From positions 48,236,001 to 48,300,000 of the forward strand of contig OX597827.1 in NCBI GenBank assembly GCA_951406725.2: a DNA stretch of 64,000 bases, in the 5' to 3' direction. The position numbers were made by a program, and so were the translations under genes. Below, one piece after another: positions 1 through 15,069 of the stretch (positions within the stretch are counted from its first letter, which is position 1; every line of letters begins with the position of its first letter). Source of the DNA: Octopus vulgaris (taxonomy: Eukaryota). The notes beneath the pieces were generated by a model. The model was not told the origin of the DNA and ran no database searches. It saw only the letters and a list, made by a program, of their open reading frames with translations.

Positions 1-70
1 ATACTAATACGTCTGTTTGTTTTGTACACCACCTGTCTTCGTCTTTTGTTTATTTTTCGTAAACTTTCAC
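1..70 (+). mobile_element. 3' end of short PLE-terminal-repeat-like insertion (same family as 17302-17487 and 41101-41296), ending in (TA)n
   Basis: Reverse complement matches 41101-41170 (GTTTACGAAAAA...GAAGA.AGGTGGTGTACAAAACAAACAGA.GTATTAGTAT). Confidence 0.6.
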
Positions 71-370
71 TATATATATATATATATATATATTATATCA
101 TATTATATAGAGTATATTATATTCTATTGTATGTACTCATTCGCGTGCGCAAGCGTTTGTAAGAGTGTGTTTGTAATCATAGGTCTCCATAACCTAAAAA
201 TGTAAAGACATGCTTAGTGTTTCTGTACTCCATGAATTGTTTGAGGGATGCAGCTCTGAATTAATAAAATAGCGTTGGGTTAATCAACATGCTGTGCGTG
301 CATATTCCCATATAGCATGTGCACAGCTGTGAGTGTATATGCCTGTGCCTGTGCATAGTGTATGTGTAAT

Positions 371-410
<40 letters not shown>

Positions 411-466
411 TGTATATGCATGTGGATATATATATTTATATATATGAGTGTATGTGCATATACATA

Positions 467-560
<94 letters not shown>

Positions 561-1537
561 TGTGTGTATGTATGCATATATAAAGTTAGATAAGGCCGAC
601 TGCTCTATAACTTAGAGCGGGCTTCTTTTCCGGATTCATGTTTTACCGAAGATATATATATATATATGATGGCTTTTTCTCCGTATTCACTAGACTCAGG
701 CAGAATGGACCCAAATATACTTCAGATATGCTAATTTGAAACTTCAAACATGGTGTTGCTTTCTAAAAGTACACAATATCGCAGCTCCTAGATATGCTGC
801 ATTGCATGCGCAAATATCAACATTTTGGTCATTTATAACACAGAAAAGAAAGCAACCACATCTAAATAATTTTCTGATTCTGTGTATAATAAATCCATAG
901 TACACAGAAATGTCCAGAAGAAGCGCACATTCATAAAATGTAGGAAAAAGAAAAGAAAAACCATTCATCAACAGCTACAAACCTGTTTGTATGAATAAAC
1001 AAAACATGGTTCAAGTATACACTAGTAATGTTTTCAGAACCAAATAATAAAATTAGACATAAGAAAGCGACATAGACACTTTATTGGTCCGCTGTTATGA
1101 GCATTACCAACCTTTATCTGAAATATTCCATGTATAATACCAATGCGTTTAATCTAACTTCCAAATTGAATTGGAGATCGCCAATGCAAAGCGAAAGAAA
1201 GCGTGTTGAAATAAAACGAACTTATTACCTATTGAAAAAATAAAAATAGGACAAAAAACAATAACAAACACTACAGCTTTGTATGACATGACATTATTCT
1301 ATCCTGGTGAAGGAAGTGAATTGTATTGCTACTGCTGGTGCTGCGACTGCTGTTTCTACTACTACTACTACTACTACTACTGTCGGTGCTGCTGCTGCTG
1401 CTGCCACTACCACTTCTACAACTTTCTGCATAACTTTTAACGAACGTCGCTGCCATTGAGGATGTCTGTCTCACTCTCATTCCCTCTTTCTTTATATGTA
1501 TATATGTTCATATATATTCACACACACACACACACAC

Positions 1538-1579
<42 letters not shown>

Positions 1580-1738
1580 GGAAATGTTGAACAATGAGAA
1601 TCAGTTCTCACCACCGCATTAATTGCTAAATTTCTTTATTTCTCTTTTATATATATGTGTGTGTATGTTTATGTGTGTGTGTGTATAAACAGATAGATAG
1701 ATATACATATTCATATATGCATAAACACACCCCACCCC

Positions 1739-1771
<33 letters not shown>

Positions 1772-2330
1772 AATAATATATATCATATATGCATATATAC
1801 AAAACGTATAAAATATATAACATGTATGTGTGTATGCATACCCGATTGCGACTCAAATATTTAACGTTCTGCGAAACAAATAGAGAGAGAACTTTTGGAG
1901 CACAGAGAAAATGTTTAATTATTTCATTGTGGCAGGTAGACAAAATGTAATTCCAAAGGCAAGTAGTAAAAAAAAAAAAAACAGAAACTTTAAAAAAAAC
2001 TCAGACATTTACCAAAATTGAATGAATGTCTAAAAGATAAAAAAAAAACAGAAAAAAACACTTATTCGTAGATGTACAAGGAAGAAAAGATGTTTAAATA
2101 ATATAAACGTCACCGATAAAACTGCGTAAATTCTACTAGATCCGACACGCAAAACAACATACAATTAATTACGGGCACCAATTGTATTGTATAAAATAAA
2201 AAAGCAAGAAAAACAGGGAAGTACTAAAAACTACACAACCAATCGAATGTACATAACAGTTTACCAAACAAAAAAGACGAAACAATAATGTAATATGTGC
2301 CGACGACATATAGTAATATAAAATCATACA

Positions 2331-2721
2331 AAGGCGGCGAGCTGGCAGAAGCGTTAGCAAGTCGAGTGAAATGCTAAGCGGTATTTCATCTGCGGCTACG
2401 TTCTGAGTTCAAATTCCGCCGAGGTATACTTTGCCTTTCATCTTTTCGGGGTCGATTAAATAAGTACCAGTTATGCACTGGGGTCGATACAATCGACCTA
2501 ATCCGTATGTATGTCCTTGTTTCTCTTCTCTGTGTTTAGTCCTTTGTGGGTAGTAAAGAAATAGGTACTTCATGTTTTTACGTTCCGAGTTCAGCTTCCA
2601 CCGAGGTCGACTTTACTTTTCTTCCTTTTGGGGTCGATAAATTAAGTACCAGTTGATCTAATCGATTGGCTCCCTAAGCATTTCGACCGGTGTGCTAACG
2701 TTTCTGCCAGCTCGCCGCCTT
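2331..2721 (+). mobile_element. SINE cluster (Nin/Deu-domain-like family): full copy, partial copy and inverted 5' head
   Basis: GGCGGCGAGCTGGCAGAA head and GCCTTTCATC.TTTCGGGGTCGAT.AAATAAGTACCAG core, repeated at ~32925, ~45340, ~46750 and ~55300; 2675-2721 is the reverse complement of the head. Confidence 0.8.
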
Positions 2722-2744
2722 ATATGATATTAACTGATAAGACT

Positions 2745-3000
2745 GTGGATGCGCGTGGCTTAGTGGTTAGGGTGTTAGCATCATGACCGTAAGATTGTGG
2801 TTTCGATTCCTGAACCGGTCGACGCATTGTAATCTTGAGCAAAACACTTTATTTCACGTTGCTCCAGTCAATTCAGCTGGCAAAAATCAGTAACGCTGCC
2901 ATGGACTCGTGTTCCATCCAGCTGAGGAACACATACGCCATTGAAACCAGGAATCCGGGCCTATGAGCCTAGCTAGGCTTTAAAAGGGCGTAAGGAAAGG
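2745..3000 (+). mobile_element. tRNA-derived SINE (family B)
   Basis: A box TGGCTTAGTGG, B box GGTTTCGATTCC, core TCTTGAGCAAAACACTT; homologues at 5273, 25050 and 54280. Confidence 0.8.
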
Positions 3001-3664
3001 AGGATTTGTAAAACTATTGCTGAAAAATAATCTTTTACATAAAGGAAAAATAAAACCCAATAAATATATCTAAAACGCAATAAATATATGTTAGCGTAAA
3101 TTGGTGTATTTATGTTCATATAGGAAAAGAGGTAGAAACTTGAAGATGAAGCCATAGATCAATTAACTGGCTCAATCCGCTACCCAATAAGAAAATCGTT
3201 ACGTCTTAGCTTAAGATATACGTTTTCTTTTGTACATAGGCACTTCTCAAAAAACATATAATTACTTTATTATCTACAATAGAAATCCGGGCAATCACAC
3301 TAAATATAACACAAAATTTGCTTCCTGTTATAGAATTTAGATTAATAGATATGAGAATAATAATCAGCCCTCTAGGTAATTACATTCGTCCACACAATTG
3401 TCCAATTTATTCATAATGTTAAGAAAAACAATTTGTTCTGCGGAAATAATGCCGTAAGTAACACATTGAATAAGAGATATATTTGACTTGCGGCAAATAA
3501 TTTTAATTTTAGATCAATTTGTCACCGATGGACCTTCAGTCACGAAACGTATAAACAATATCTCGATATCTCAAAGATAGTGTTTAGGATCAATTACCAT
3601 GATGTCTTTTTGTGTTTGTTAGTATTATAGTATTTTATAATAGTTCTGTTTGTCGTTGCGTTAC

Positions 3665-4810
3665 TTAGCCCGTCGGTAACGCTTTTAGAGGACTAAAGAA
3701 AAAGGGGGAGAAAGAAAGTGTGGGATAGAGAAAAAGAGGGAGGGAAGGAGTAAAGCGGGAGATTCTTGAGGTAGAGGGAATGTAATTGTAACGCTTTCCC
3801 GCGGTTAGTTGAAGGGAAAGAGGGGAAGAGAAAAAGGCGAAGAGAGAGAAAGAGGGGGAAGGAAAAGAGTTGGAGAGAGAAAAAGAGGGAGTATCTTTTT
3901 TATTCCCCATAAGGTTGAGAAAAAGAGTGGTCAATACGGGGACAGACAAAACAAACGTTGGGGTCAGGGTATCGAATGAGACGAAACGTATGAATAAACA
4001 AACGATTAAAATATATACAATTAAATAAGAATGAGTGATTAACAAAAAATGAAGCGGAGGACGCGGTTGACCCCACACACCACATACTCACACTGAAGAC
4101 TTTGCTTTCTCCTTTTTTACATTCTCGATTAAACAGGTTCTTTCATTCGCAACATACTTGCTATATACTTCCATCTTTTACGAAACACACTTTGCGACAG
4201 GCATTTCTTCTCCATCCTTATTTTCCGTTTCATGTGGAAAACGAAAAAGTCGATTAGCTCGAGACTGGAGATAAACATGCCTGTTGCAATTCCTTTCACT
4301 CTCGTCTTCCATACTACTTCTTTCGCCACAGCAACTACCGAGAGAAAACAGGCTCGCTCCTCCCTATTCAGTGAGGTCGGCGGAACTATCTTAATTACAG
4401 ATTCGCTCGACAGTTGTACTCTTCTCGAATGCGATAACCGGTGTTCGACATAAGCTCAGAGTTCAGTCACCTTGGGGCATTGCACAATCGCGTGCAGGAC
4501 AGTTTCACTGTCCTTCACATCTTGCACAAACCGGCGAAGGTGCACACCCATGTCTAAAGAGCTTATCTCGAACCGGTAAAGCTCCTCTGTAACATTGCCA
4601 GGCCAGGGACTTTTGGTAATTATCCCTAGGCCCCGGACCGAATGTTCTTTGCAACAGGCTGGCCAGTTGATTTTCGTCGAAGCCCAGGTTTTCTCCCAGG
4701 ACGTCGTCACACTTAAACTCTACTAACCCTCTATAGAAGAACGAGGTAGTACACCCGCCACCGACGTTGCCCGACTGGGAGAGAAGCACGAGTGCCTGAT
4801 GGCACTCTAC
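3665..4810 (-). mobile_element. 5'-truncated L1/Tx1-group LINE: ORF2 C-terminus (zf-RVT-like) plus pyrimidine-rich 3' region, with frameshifts
   Basis: SLAWQCYRGALPVRDKL...CARC...ETVLHAIVQCP CCHC motif and AKEVVWKTR; related copy at ~45990. Confidence 0.7.
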
Positions 4811-4814
4811 ATGC

Positions 4815-5040
4815 GGAGTAAAGCGGGAGATAGTAGCATCAATATCGTCAGGTAGAGGAAATGTAATTGTAACGCTTTTCCCGCGGTTACTTGAAGGGAA
4901 AGTGGGGAAGAGAAAAAGGAGAAAGTAAAAGAGGATAAGGTGAAGAGAGAGAAAGAGGGGAAAAGAAAAAGAGAGATAGAGAAAATATGGAGAGAAAAAC
5001 ATGGATAGGGAAACGTCCATGTCGTGAGGTAGAGGAAACG
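4815..5040 (-). repeat. Second copy of the LINE 3' region (tandem arrangement)
   Basis: GGAGTAAAGCGGGAGAT...AGGTAGAGG.AATGTAATTGTAACGCTTT.CCCGCGGTTA.TTGAAGGGAAAG also present at ~3747-3835. Confidence 0.65.
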
Positions 5041-5272
5041 TAATAGTTTTAGTAAAGGGGTGATGTTCTGATGATGAGGTTAAAGAAAGGCAGAGAGAGA
5101 GAGAGGGAGAGAGAGAGAGGAGAGAGAGGATGAGAAAAAGAACGGTGAGGAGAGAGGGGAACGCAGATTATGATGGGGTGTGATGGTGGAGGGGATGGTG
5201 TTGGTGGTGATTGGATAGTGAAAAGTATATTTTTTAATTGAACTCTTTTTTTATATCACCTATCACTTAATG

Positions 5273-5445
5273 CTGTGGTTTCGATTCCTGGACCGGGCGA
5301 TGCGTTGTGTTCTTGAGCAAAACACTTCATTTCACGTTGCTCCAGTCCACTCAGCTGGCAAAAATGAGTAACCATGCGACGGACCGGCTTCCCGCCCAGG
5401 TGCGGAATTTCTACATCACTCAAACCGGGAAACCGGCCCTTAGGT
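5273..5445 (+). mobile_element. 5'-truncated tRNA-derived SINE (family B)
   Basis: GTGGTTTCGATTCCTGGACCGGG...TCTTGAGCAAAACACTTCATTTCACGTTGCTCCAGTC. Confidence 0.75.
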
Positions 5446-5929
5446 TGTCCTATGTAATCCCTGTCACGCCCGCTGTAGTTTATAATATAAATTAGGTTTC
5501 TTGGCACACAGCTGATATGATTTTTTTTTTGTGAATATTTGCCTTAATTTAAAACCATATGTTGAACCTTCCATAAGGTTGCCACGGCTTCCGCAATAAG
5601 GGCTGTTAAATATTTTACTGTTGGGGTTTTCTTCTTCTTCTTCTTACAATCAGGACTCATACCATTAGCCACGAAGAAGAATCTCTAATTCCAGCCTACT
5701 ATAAGCTACTAAGAATGCGCGTGGCAACTTGAAGATCCACCCACCACACGCGATAGACTGGCGGTTGCACGGGCGCGAAAGCTACGTTGTTATCCTCATT
5801 CCGTAAACGGTGGCTCTTAAGGACTGGAGAGCTGAACCATCATGGGGCACAGCGGATTCACAATCTAGACTAGGGTCTGGACGTTTACCACACCATAGTG
5901 GGTTACATCATGGCTCCTTTACTTTGTAA

Positions 5930-6080
5930 CAGAAGTAGGAAGAAAGAGTGAGAGAAAGTTGTGGTGAACGAGTATAGCGGGTTTCACCACCCCTCCCTAC
6001 CGGAGCCTCGTGAAGCTAAGGTGTTTTTGCTCAACAAACACTCACTATTCCTGGTCTGGGAATCGAAACCGCGTTCTTTG
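5930..6080 (-). mobile_element. SINE fragment related to family B
   Basis: Minus strand has GGTTTCGATTCCCAGACCAGG B box followed by TTGAGCAAAAACACCTT. Confidence 0.55.
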
Positions 6081-6109
6081 GGTCCTCTTTACTTTTAATA
6101 ATTTTATGT

Positions 6110-6490
6110 TTCCTGTGCCTTTTTCTTTCGAGGATCGTTCAACAAAAAATCTATATTCTAATGGATGATGTTTTATCCTCCGGTGTTTCTTGGATTGTGT
6201 GTGGATACGTGAGTTAAAGTGTTGACTGTCCCGGAGGATTTTCTTGTCTATTTCTTAATTCTTAGACGTCTACAATTTTTGAAAGGTTTATATAGTTATT
6301 GTCTAAATTGACTGGGTATTTTTCTTTGAGCAATATATTCTTAAGCTGTTGCAATCGCTTTCCTGGGATTCAGGATTACATACCTGCATGGGCATGGTGA
6401 AATATCATTTGAAAAGAAGTGAGCGTTGGCGACAGGATGGAGATCCAGCCATATCATCCCAAATGCCCGATAATCTAGATATTTCGTGTG
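6110..6490 (-). pseudogene. Possible highly decayed PLE reverse-transcriptase thumb fragment
   Basis: Across frameshifts it reads TKYLDY...RLQQLKNILL/KRKYPVNL, resembling the PLE R..L...L...YP thumb region; abuts a (TA)n tract. Confidence 0.35.
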
Positions 6491-6492
6491 TG

Positions 6493-6556
<64 letters not shown>

Positions 6557-6565
6557 CATACATAT

Positions 6566-6960
<395 letters not shown>

Positions 6961-6962
6961 TA

Positions 6963-7013
<51 letters not shown>

Positions 7014-7354
7014 ATGTATGTACATACATATATACATACATACCTACAAATACACACACATACAAAAACACAGACATACACACCGTGTATCGGTATATAT
7101 ACAATAGACCACCGATATGTTCATTCGAGATGTTACAATAATATCAGATTCAAGTATTTCAATTCTGTGTATATACATATATTTACTTGATTGCTGATAT
7201 TTTTTCGTAGTTATTGTCATCTTTCTGGTAAGGTCGTCTTCCATCATTAACAATACTATGGCGACACGCATACAAATACATACACGGTCAACAAGCAGTA
7301 GTAGGGCTACAACTACACACTCACACACACAAACGCACACATATATATGTGTGT

Positions 7355-7436
<82 letters not shown>

Positions 7437-7709
7437 CATGTATATAAACGGTACAAAGAGAGCAGTATAGGTTCTGAAGAATAAACTATAGGTTTTCTTT
7501 CCAAAAGTTGTACAGAATGAGAAGGAATGATTTGTTATACATGGTTACATATCCATGTCTTATAATTTTATGCTTCACAAAACTTTCCGGGAAGAAAAAT
7601 CTTCGCATCATAGGAATTCATTTCTAATCTCTCCCTCACCCCAACACACCTTCCACACTCACACACGCAGACAGACGCGCGCGCACACACACCCACATAT
7701 ATACATACA

Positions 7710-7809
<100 letters not shown>

Positions 7810-7860
7810 CACATACATATATATTTATACATATACAAACACACACATAGAAATATATTC

Positions 7861-7895
<35 letters not shown>

Positions 7896-7905
7896 TACAT
7901 ATCTA

Positions 7906-8093
<188 letters not shown>

Positions 8094-8099
8094 CAGACA

Positions 8100-8665
8100 C
8101 ATGGATACCTTCACTTTATCTTTGGTGTTACAAGGAGTTTTGTTGGTATCTCGCTCAACTGCGCCCTCACATAATAATCGAGGTAGTTGCAGTCTCGGAA
8201 ATTAGGTGGCCAGTTGTTTGAGCTAATGTAGTTGTATAAACTGCCTAACAGCCACGACTGGGTTCTCCTGCTTGTGTCGCATAGTGCAGAGTCCTGTTGC
8301 GAGACGTAATGTCTTCCAGCAGCCAATTGTGACCCAGAGTAGCACTACGTCCTCAAGACACTTGATGCAGGCCTCTGCGTTGAGTTTGAAACCAAGTGGG
8401 AAGATTAGAGGAGGCATAACGACGCCCTCACCAATGATCACACCAAGCACCTTGATATTTAGTGGATCTTTCATTTTTATCACTCTCGGCTTATGTTCTG
8501 AGATTACTCTATCCTCAGCTTGACACCCAAACCCTCTGAAATGTTCGTACCGAAGCTTCCGAGACGTATGCCAAGAAGTACAGCATATCGTTTCTAAATT
8601 TCTGGCAAAGTGAATTGCTTCATGGTGCTGTTTTTCTTATGGACGGTGCCCAACTAGCCCTACAA
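8100..8665 (-). mobile_element. Decayed Tc1/mariner (maT/DD37D-like) transposase fragment
   Basis: [48 protein letters not shown]; homologous to 30672-31545. Confidence 0.8.
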
Positions 8666-9400
8666 TAACAATACGCGAATTTAATATATATTCATATATG
8701 AAATTAATTGTATGTATATCAGTATATAGATATATAAATTCATATATATATATATATATATATATACATATGTAAAGACACATGTATACGTTTACACATA
8801 TACATGCATGCATATCGACAACTCAGCAATAGAAATTCTATTGTAACACTTTACAAATGCTGAATATCTTGGTAGCATTAAAACATTATGAATTTTAAAT
8901 TATCTTCCCAAGAAAAATGTAATTTGCCAAGAAAATTTTAATCACAATATATTGCGTGTAAAATAACGAATGCGTAACAATGTTTTAATATATTCACGTA
9001 ACGTAGTTTCTTGTGTTCTTTAATTACTGTTTTTAAGCAAATAAAAAGAAATGGGTGGCCCACATATAATACGGAACGTATCGATCGTGTTTGAAATTGT
9101 AGCATTCCCGATCTGTTACCCCTGATTGTAAATTGATTCCCTACATTTGCATTTTCAAATTTTGTATTTATCGATCAAGCGAAACAGAAAGCATACACAT
9201 ACATTCTTGGTTCTTTTGGCTATGTATACATCTGCACATCTGCGTACACACTATGGACCATGCATACATAAATACTTTTATATATGTATATATATGTGTG
9301 AGTGTATGTGTGTATGTGTATGTATAGACGCATGCATATTTATATTACGCAATAAAAGACACTCACGTACATGTATGCATACATATACACTAATATATAA

Positions 9401-9464
<64 letters not shown>

Positions 9465-9719
9465 GCATTAATATATATGAGTGTGTGTGTGCGTGTATGT
9501 GAGTGTATGTTTGTGTTTGTCTCTCTGAGTGTCTATGTGGGTGTGCACAGGGGTAGTCTACTATAATACATGTACATATTTTATACGCATGTGCATTACA
9601 AGTATCGATGTTGTAATTTTCTCATCCGTGGATATTTAAACAGCAAGGCAGACAAATGGTTAAATCGACAGAGATATAGATGAATAGACAGACAGACGGA
9701 TATATATATATATATATAT

Positions 9720-9767
<48 letters not shown>

Positions 9768-9813
9768 GTAGATAGATAGATTGATAGATAGATAGATGAA
9801 TAAATAGAAAAAC

Positions 9814-9909
<96 letters not shown>

Positions 9910-9994
9910 GGATAGATACGTAGATTAGATATACATACAAATAGACAGACATACATACTCACACACACACAGATAGACAGACAGACAGACAAAC

Positions 9995-10065
<71 letters not shown>

Positions 10066-10100
10066 CAGACAGGCAGACAGATAGACAGACAGACAGACAG
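9720..10100. repeat. Compound (TAGA)n/(CAGA)n microsatellite
   Basis: Direct observation. Confidence 0.95.
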
Positions 10101-10568
10101 ATGCGGAGAGAATTTTCCTATCATTTAAATTCACAATTAAGCAAATGCTGTAGGCATATATTTAATAGGCCAATTCCTTTTCACTCTATTATGTAGCCGA
10201 GATCATGAACCGTAGCCATGTTAATAGAAAGATTTTAATAAGCAGAACACTTTATGATATCAAAATCTCTTTAAATACTTAACGGTTCAGTGGGAGCGTA
10301 AGAAAATCTGTTGTAGGAATGCATCGAAATGTAAATATTAATTGCTCGTTAGCACTTGTAGTTGTTCGGCTTATGATTTTGTTAGTGTCACGATAAACAA
10401 AATTAAGTTGAATCAGGAGTTCGATTTCCGGTCGAAGCCATGCACACATCTATACGTATGCGTGTATATATGAATCTTATGTACCTAATCGTGTACATTT
10501 ATATACCATTTACTAATGTTTTAGTCGAACGAATCAATCATATGATTTATTTTTTGAAGCCTTATGCT

Positions 10569-11202
10569 CTGGTGTTTGATGAATTTCTCTGGAAAACATT
10601 CTTATCTTTGTAATTAAATCTTAAGTGATCTTCTTCTAGCATATTCAATGTCCACTTAGTGGTCATCCATATTATACGTATGTATTACGACTTTTCCGAA
10701 TTTTCAGATTTTTCTATATGCTAGGGTACTGGTTTTAAATTGATATTAATTAAATTAATATTCAATTTATCACCTCATTATTTAAATTTTAAGTAATTAT
10801 GTTCTCTAACCGGCAACATTAACCCAGTGAATTATCTACTGCGGGACTGTTTCCGGGATTTAGCGCGCCAGAACTTAGACATTTGAAAATAGCCCCAATG
10901 TAATCGTAGAACTATACACACGGCTAATTTCATAAGGACAACTAGTGTATAGATCTACAGATTATATTGAATTAGAACGATCGTACTGAAGAGTCCACTG
11001 ACGATGATTACGTAAGTAAAATCGTTAATGCCAAAATCGGTCTGCGATTAATTGTGTATTTTGTATATTTTCATCTGTGTTACCCGTTTAGGTTCTGGTG
11101 TTTGTTGAATTTCTCTGGAGAACATTATTTTCTTTGTAGTAAGATCGTAGGTGATCTTCTTCTAGCATATTGTATGTCCACTTAGTGGTTATCCCTATTA
11201 TA
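10569..11202 (+). repeat. Diverged ~108-bp direct repeats (10569-10676 and 11094-11202); possible PLE pseudo-LTR remnant
   Basis: CTGGTGTTTG.TGAATTTCTCTGGA...GTGATCTTCTTCTAGCATATT..ATGTCCACTTAGTGGT.ATCC.TATTATA occurs twice; second copy runs into (TA)/(CA) repeats. Confidence 0.7.
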
Positions 11203-11205
11203 TAT

Positions 11206-11269
<64 letters not shown>

Positions 11270-12540
11270 CACTCGATCAATCACTCAAATGTGGAAAAGA
11301 TATATCTCGACTTTGCAAAGGCCTTTCATACAGTCAATACTGGAACGATATGTCACAAACTGTGTGATCTCGGCACAGCGAAAAATTGGGAGAATGTCTG
11401 CAGGACATTCAGAAGGATAGAAGTCAGGTGATAATAGCCAATTGAGCCACTTCCAATGACACGCAAATAGTGAGCGGTGTTCTGCAAGGCACTGATTTGG
11501 AACCACTACTGTTCATAATGGCCCTCTCAGGTATGCCCTCAGCCACTCAGAGAGCCACGATTGAAAGTTACGCAGACGATACAGAAGTCTAACAGGTGAT
11601 ATAAAACACTGAAGACACAATGCACCTGCAATATGAGGTGGATAAAATATACAAGTGTTCTGAAAAAAATAGCATGCAGTTTAATGCTGAAAAGTTTCAA
11701 GCTTTGAGCTATCAGCATGCAAAACTAAATGTAATACCCATTAAATACACTGGATCTGGAGTGATTGCAATCAAAAAACCAATACACAGTGCGAGACTTG
11801 GGCATTTACACGTGCATGTTGCTAAATTGGCAATGAAATGCAGGCAGCTGACCGGATGGATTCTTAGAACTTTAGAACAAGAGATCAGAAAACCAAGATG
11901 GTCCTCTGGAGGACACTTGTCCTAAGCCGCTTTGACTACTGCTCAGAGCTATATTCACAAACAAGTGACAAATTAATTGCAGAACCTCAGGCAATACTAC
12001 GAAGCTACACGAATATAGCATGTATGCAGCATATAAGCTATTGGGAAAGACTCGAGAGATTAAGACTCTATTCCTTAGAGAGTAGGCGAGAGAGATATGC
12101 CATAACATACATCTGGAAGTTCATGGAGGGACTTGTCCCAAACTTTGGCATCGAGAGTTACACAAATACTAGAACAGAGCGCCACTGCATAGTGCCAAGG
12201 ACTCCAAATTTGCCATCAAAATATAGGACAAGATTCTGCAACGGCCCGGGTTTCAGAGAACCACAGCGTATCAATATATTCTCGAAGGACTTAAGAGACC
12301 TGAATGCGATGGATGTAAGGGTCTTCAAAATGAAACTGGACCTCTTCCTGTCAAGTGTCCCAGATTTGCCAACTTCACGGCAGGAGGTGCAGATGAGGAC
12401 AGCCGCATAAAAGTCCCTCATGCACCAAATGTCAATTTCTAAAACGCATTAGTGAAGTAAAATTATGTAGCAACACCAAATGGCGGTGCCCATGCATGGC
12501 GTCATCTCATGATGTGAAACTAGATCAAATCAAAACATAT
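11270..12540 (+). mobile_element. 5'-truncated CR1/L2-group LINE, decayed RT and C-terminus
   Basis: YLDFAKAF, SGVLQGT, SYADDT, LVLSRFDYCS and ISYWERLERLRLYSLESRRERY...WK..EGLVPN, with stops and frameshifts. Confidence 0.85.
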
Positions 12541-12594
12541 AGAAAAACCTATATACAGAGACGCACATAGAGAAACACGTATCGTATTTCTGCT

Positions 12595-13490
<896 letters not shown>

Positions 13491-13801
13491 AACAGAACAG
13501 ATAACATATACATAAACAAATACATAGTCTCACATTTAACATAGAAGGTTTTAGTGTCGTAAATTATATCAATAGAAACAAATTATTGATTTGACTATGC
13601 GTATAGAAAGCAATACAAATTTGTGAATCAGCTTTGTATGTAGGTAATTCATATTTCTTTCATAGATAAGTTAATTTTCAGATCCGAATAACTCCATTTA
13701 ATACTTGCAAAACCTTGTTTGTGAGCTTCACTGTGTTTGGTTAACTTTACTTTCAGCAGGCACATAAACACACAGAATACGCCGACACACAACACAGGCT
13801 T

Positions 13802-13851
<50 letters not shown>

Positions 13852-14823
13852 TTACATTGATAGACAGATATATAGACAGATAGATAGAGGTGTATATGAG
13901 TACATTTTAAATTTATGGCTAGAATTATTCATAACCATGAAGTACTTAATTGCGAATTTCTATGTACCTACGACCTTGCATATCTCCTCTTGTCAATGTT
14001 GAGTCCATTTTGTTTGAAAGTAAAACTCTCTAACTTCTGTCACGTAGAATATTTTCCTCAAACTTTCTTAATTACTTTTAGATTCATTTCATTTCGCAAA
14101 GCCTTGAGTTCCTTGGATATAAGCAAAATTATATCTTGAGTAGAAATATTATATGAAAATATGTATTGATCGCCTTTTGAGGAAAATCGATGGCATCCAA
14201 ATACAGCTGTTGTTGACCATATTAATCATTTAGTTCTCACATAAATTCAAACACCAATTAAACGATAGAGATTTCGGATAATAAATTAACGAGTCAAATT
14301 TTGCAAGGTGACCATCTTATATTAAAACATTTTCTTATGTTTTTCTCATAGACATATTCTGGCAGTCTGTTCAATATATCTTGTCTATAAATTTAATCTC
14401 TTGATATTTATGCTGGCAGAGTGTGTCTTGAAGGAATTTATAACACAACATACCTTTTGGTCAAGATGGAGAAGTTTGTCTTCATTTCTTCTGCACATTG
14501 CAAATTGGCAATTTATCAAGTGTAAAAGTTCATGCCACTTCCACGAGCAATAGCTTCAAAGGCGAGGTAAAGTAACCAAAGATTAGCTGCTGTTTGTTCG
14601 GTCGACACGCGGGAAAGAACTGCCAAATGCCAAATTCTGCCGAATTACTCCCAACCATCTTATGAAATTAAACAGACACGTTGGATAAGACAGCTCTGAT
14701 GTTATGCGCGCGCGTACAAAAACAAACAGACACACACAAACACACACACTTACATATGTATATATATATATGACGATATAAAGGCATTATATATGTATGT
14801 ATTTATACTTATATATACGTATA

Positions 14824-14882
<59 letters not shown>

Positions 14883-15007
14883 TTCTTTTATTCTTTGACT
14901 TGTTTCATTCATTTTTGACTGCAGCCTTGCTGGAGCACCGCTTTAAACGGTGTTAGTCGCAGAAATCTATTCCAGGACACGTTTTTGTAAGCCTAGTACT
15001 AATTTTA

Positions 15008-15069
<62 letters not shown>

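Noticed and set aside
2745-2830. tRNA gene
   Set aside because: SINE head with A and B boxes but no full cloverleaf, followed by SINE core sequence
5540-5915. GC-richer stretch as promoter or LINE 5' UTR
   Set aside because: No diagnostic motif and no second copy in the window
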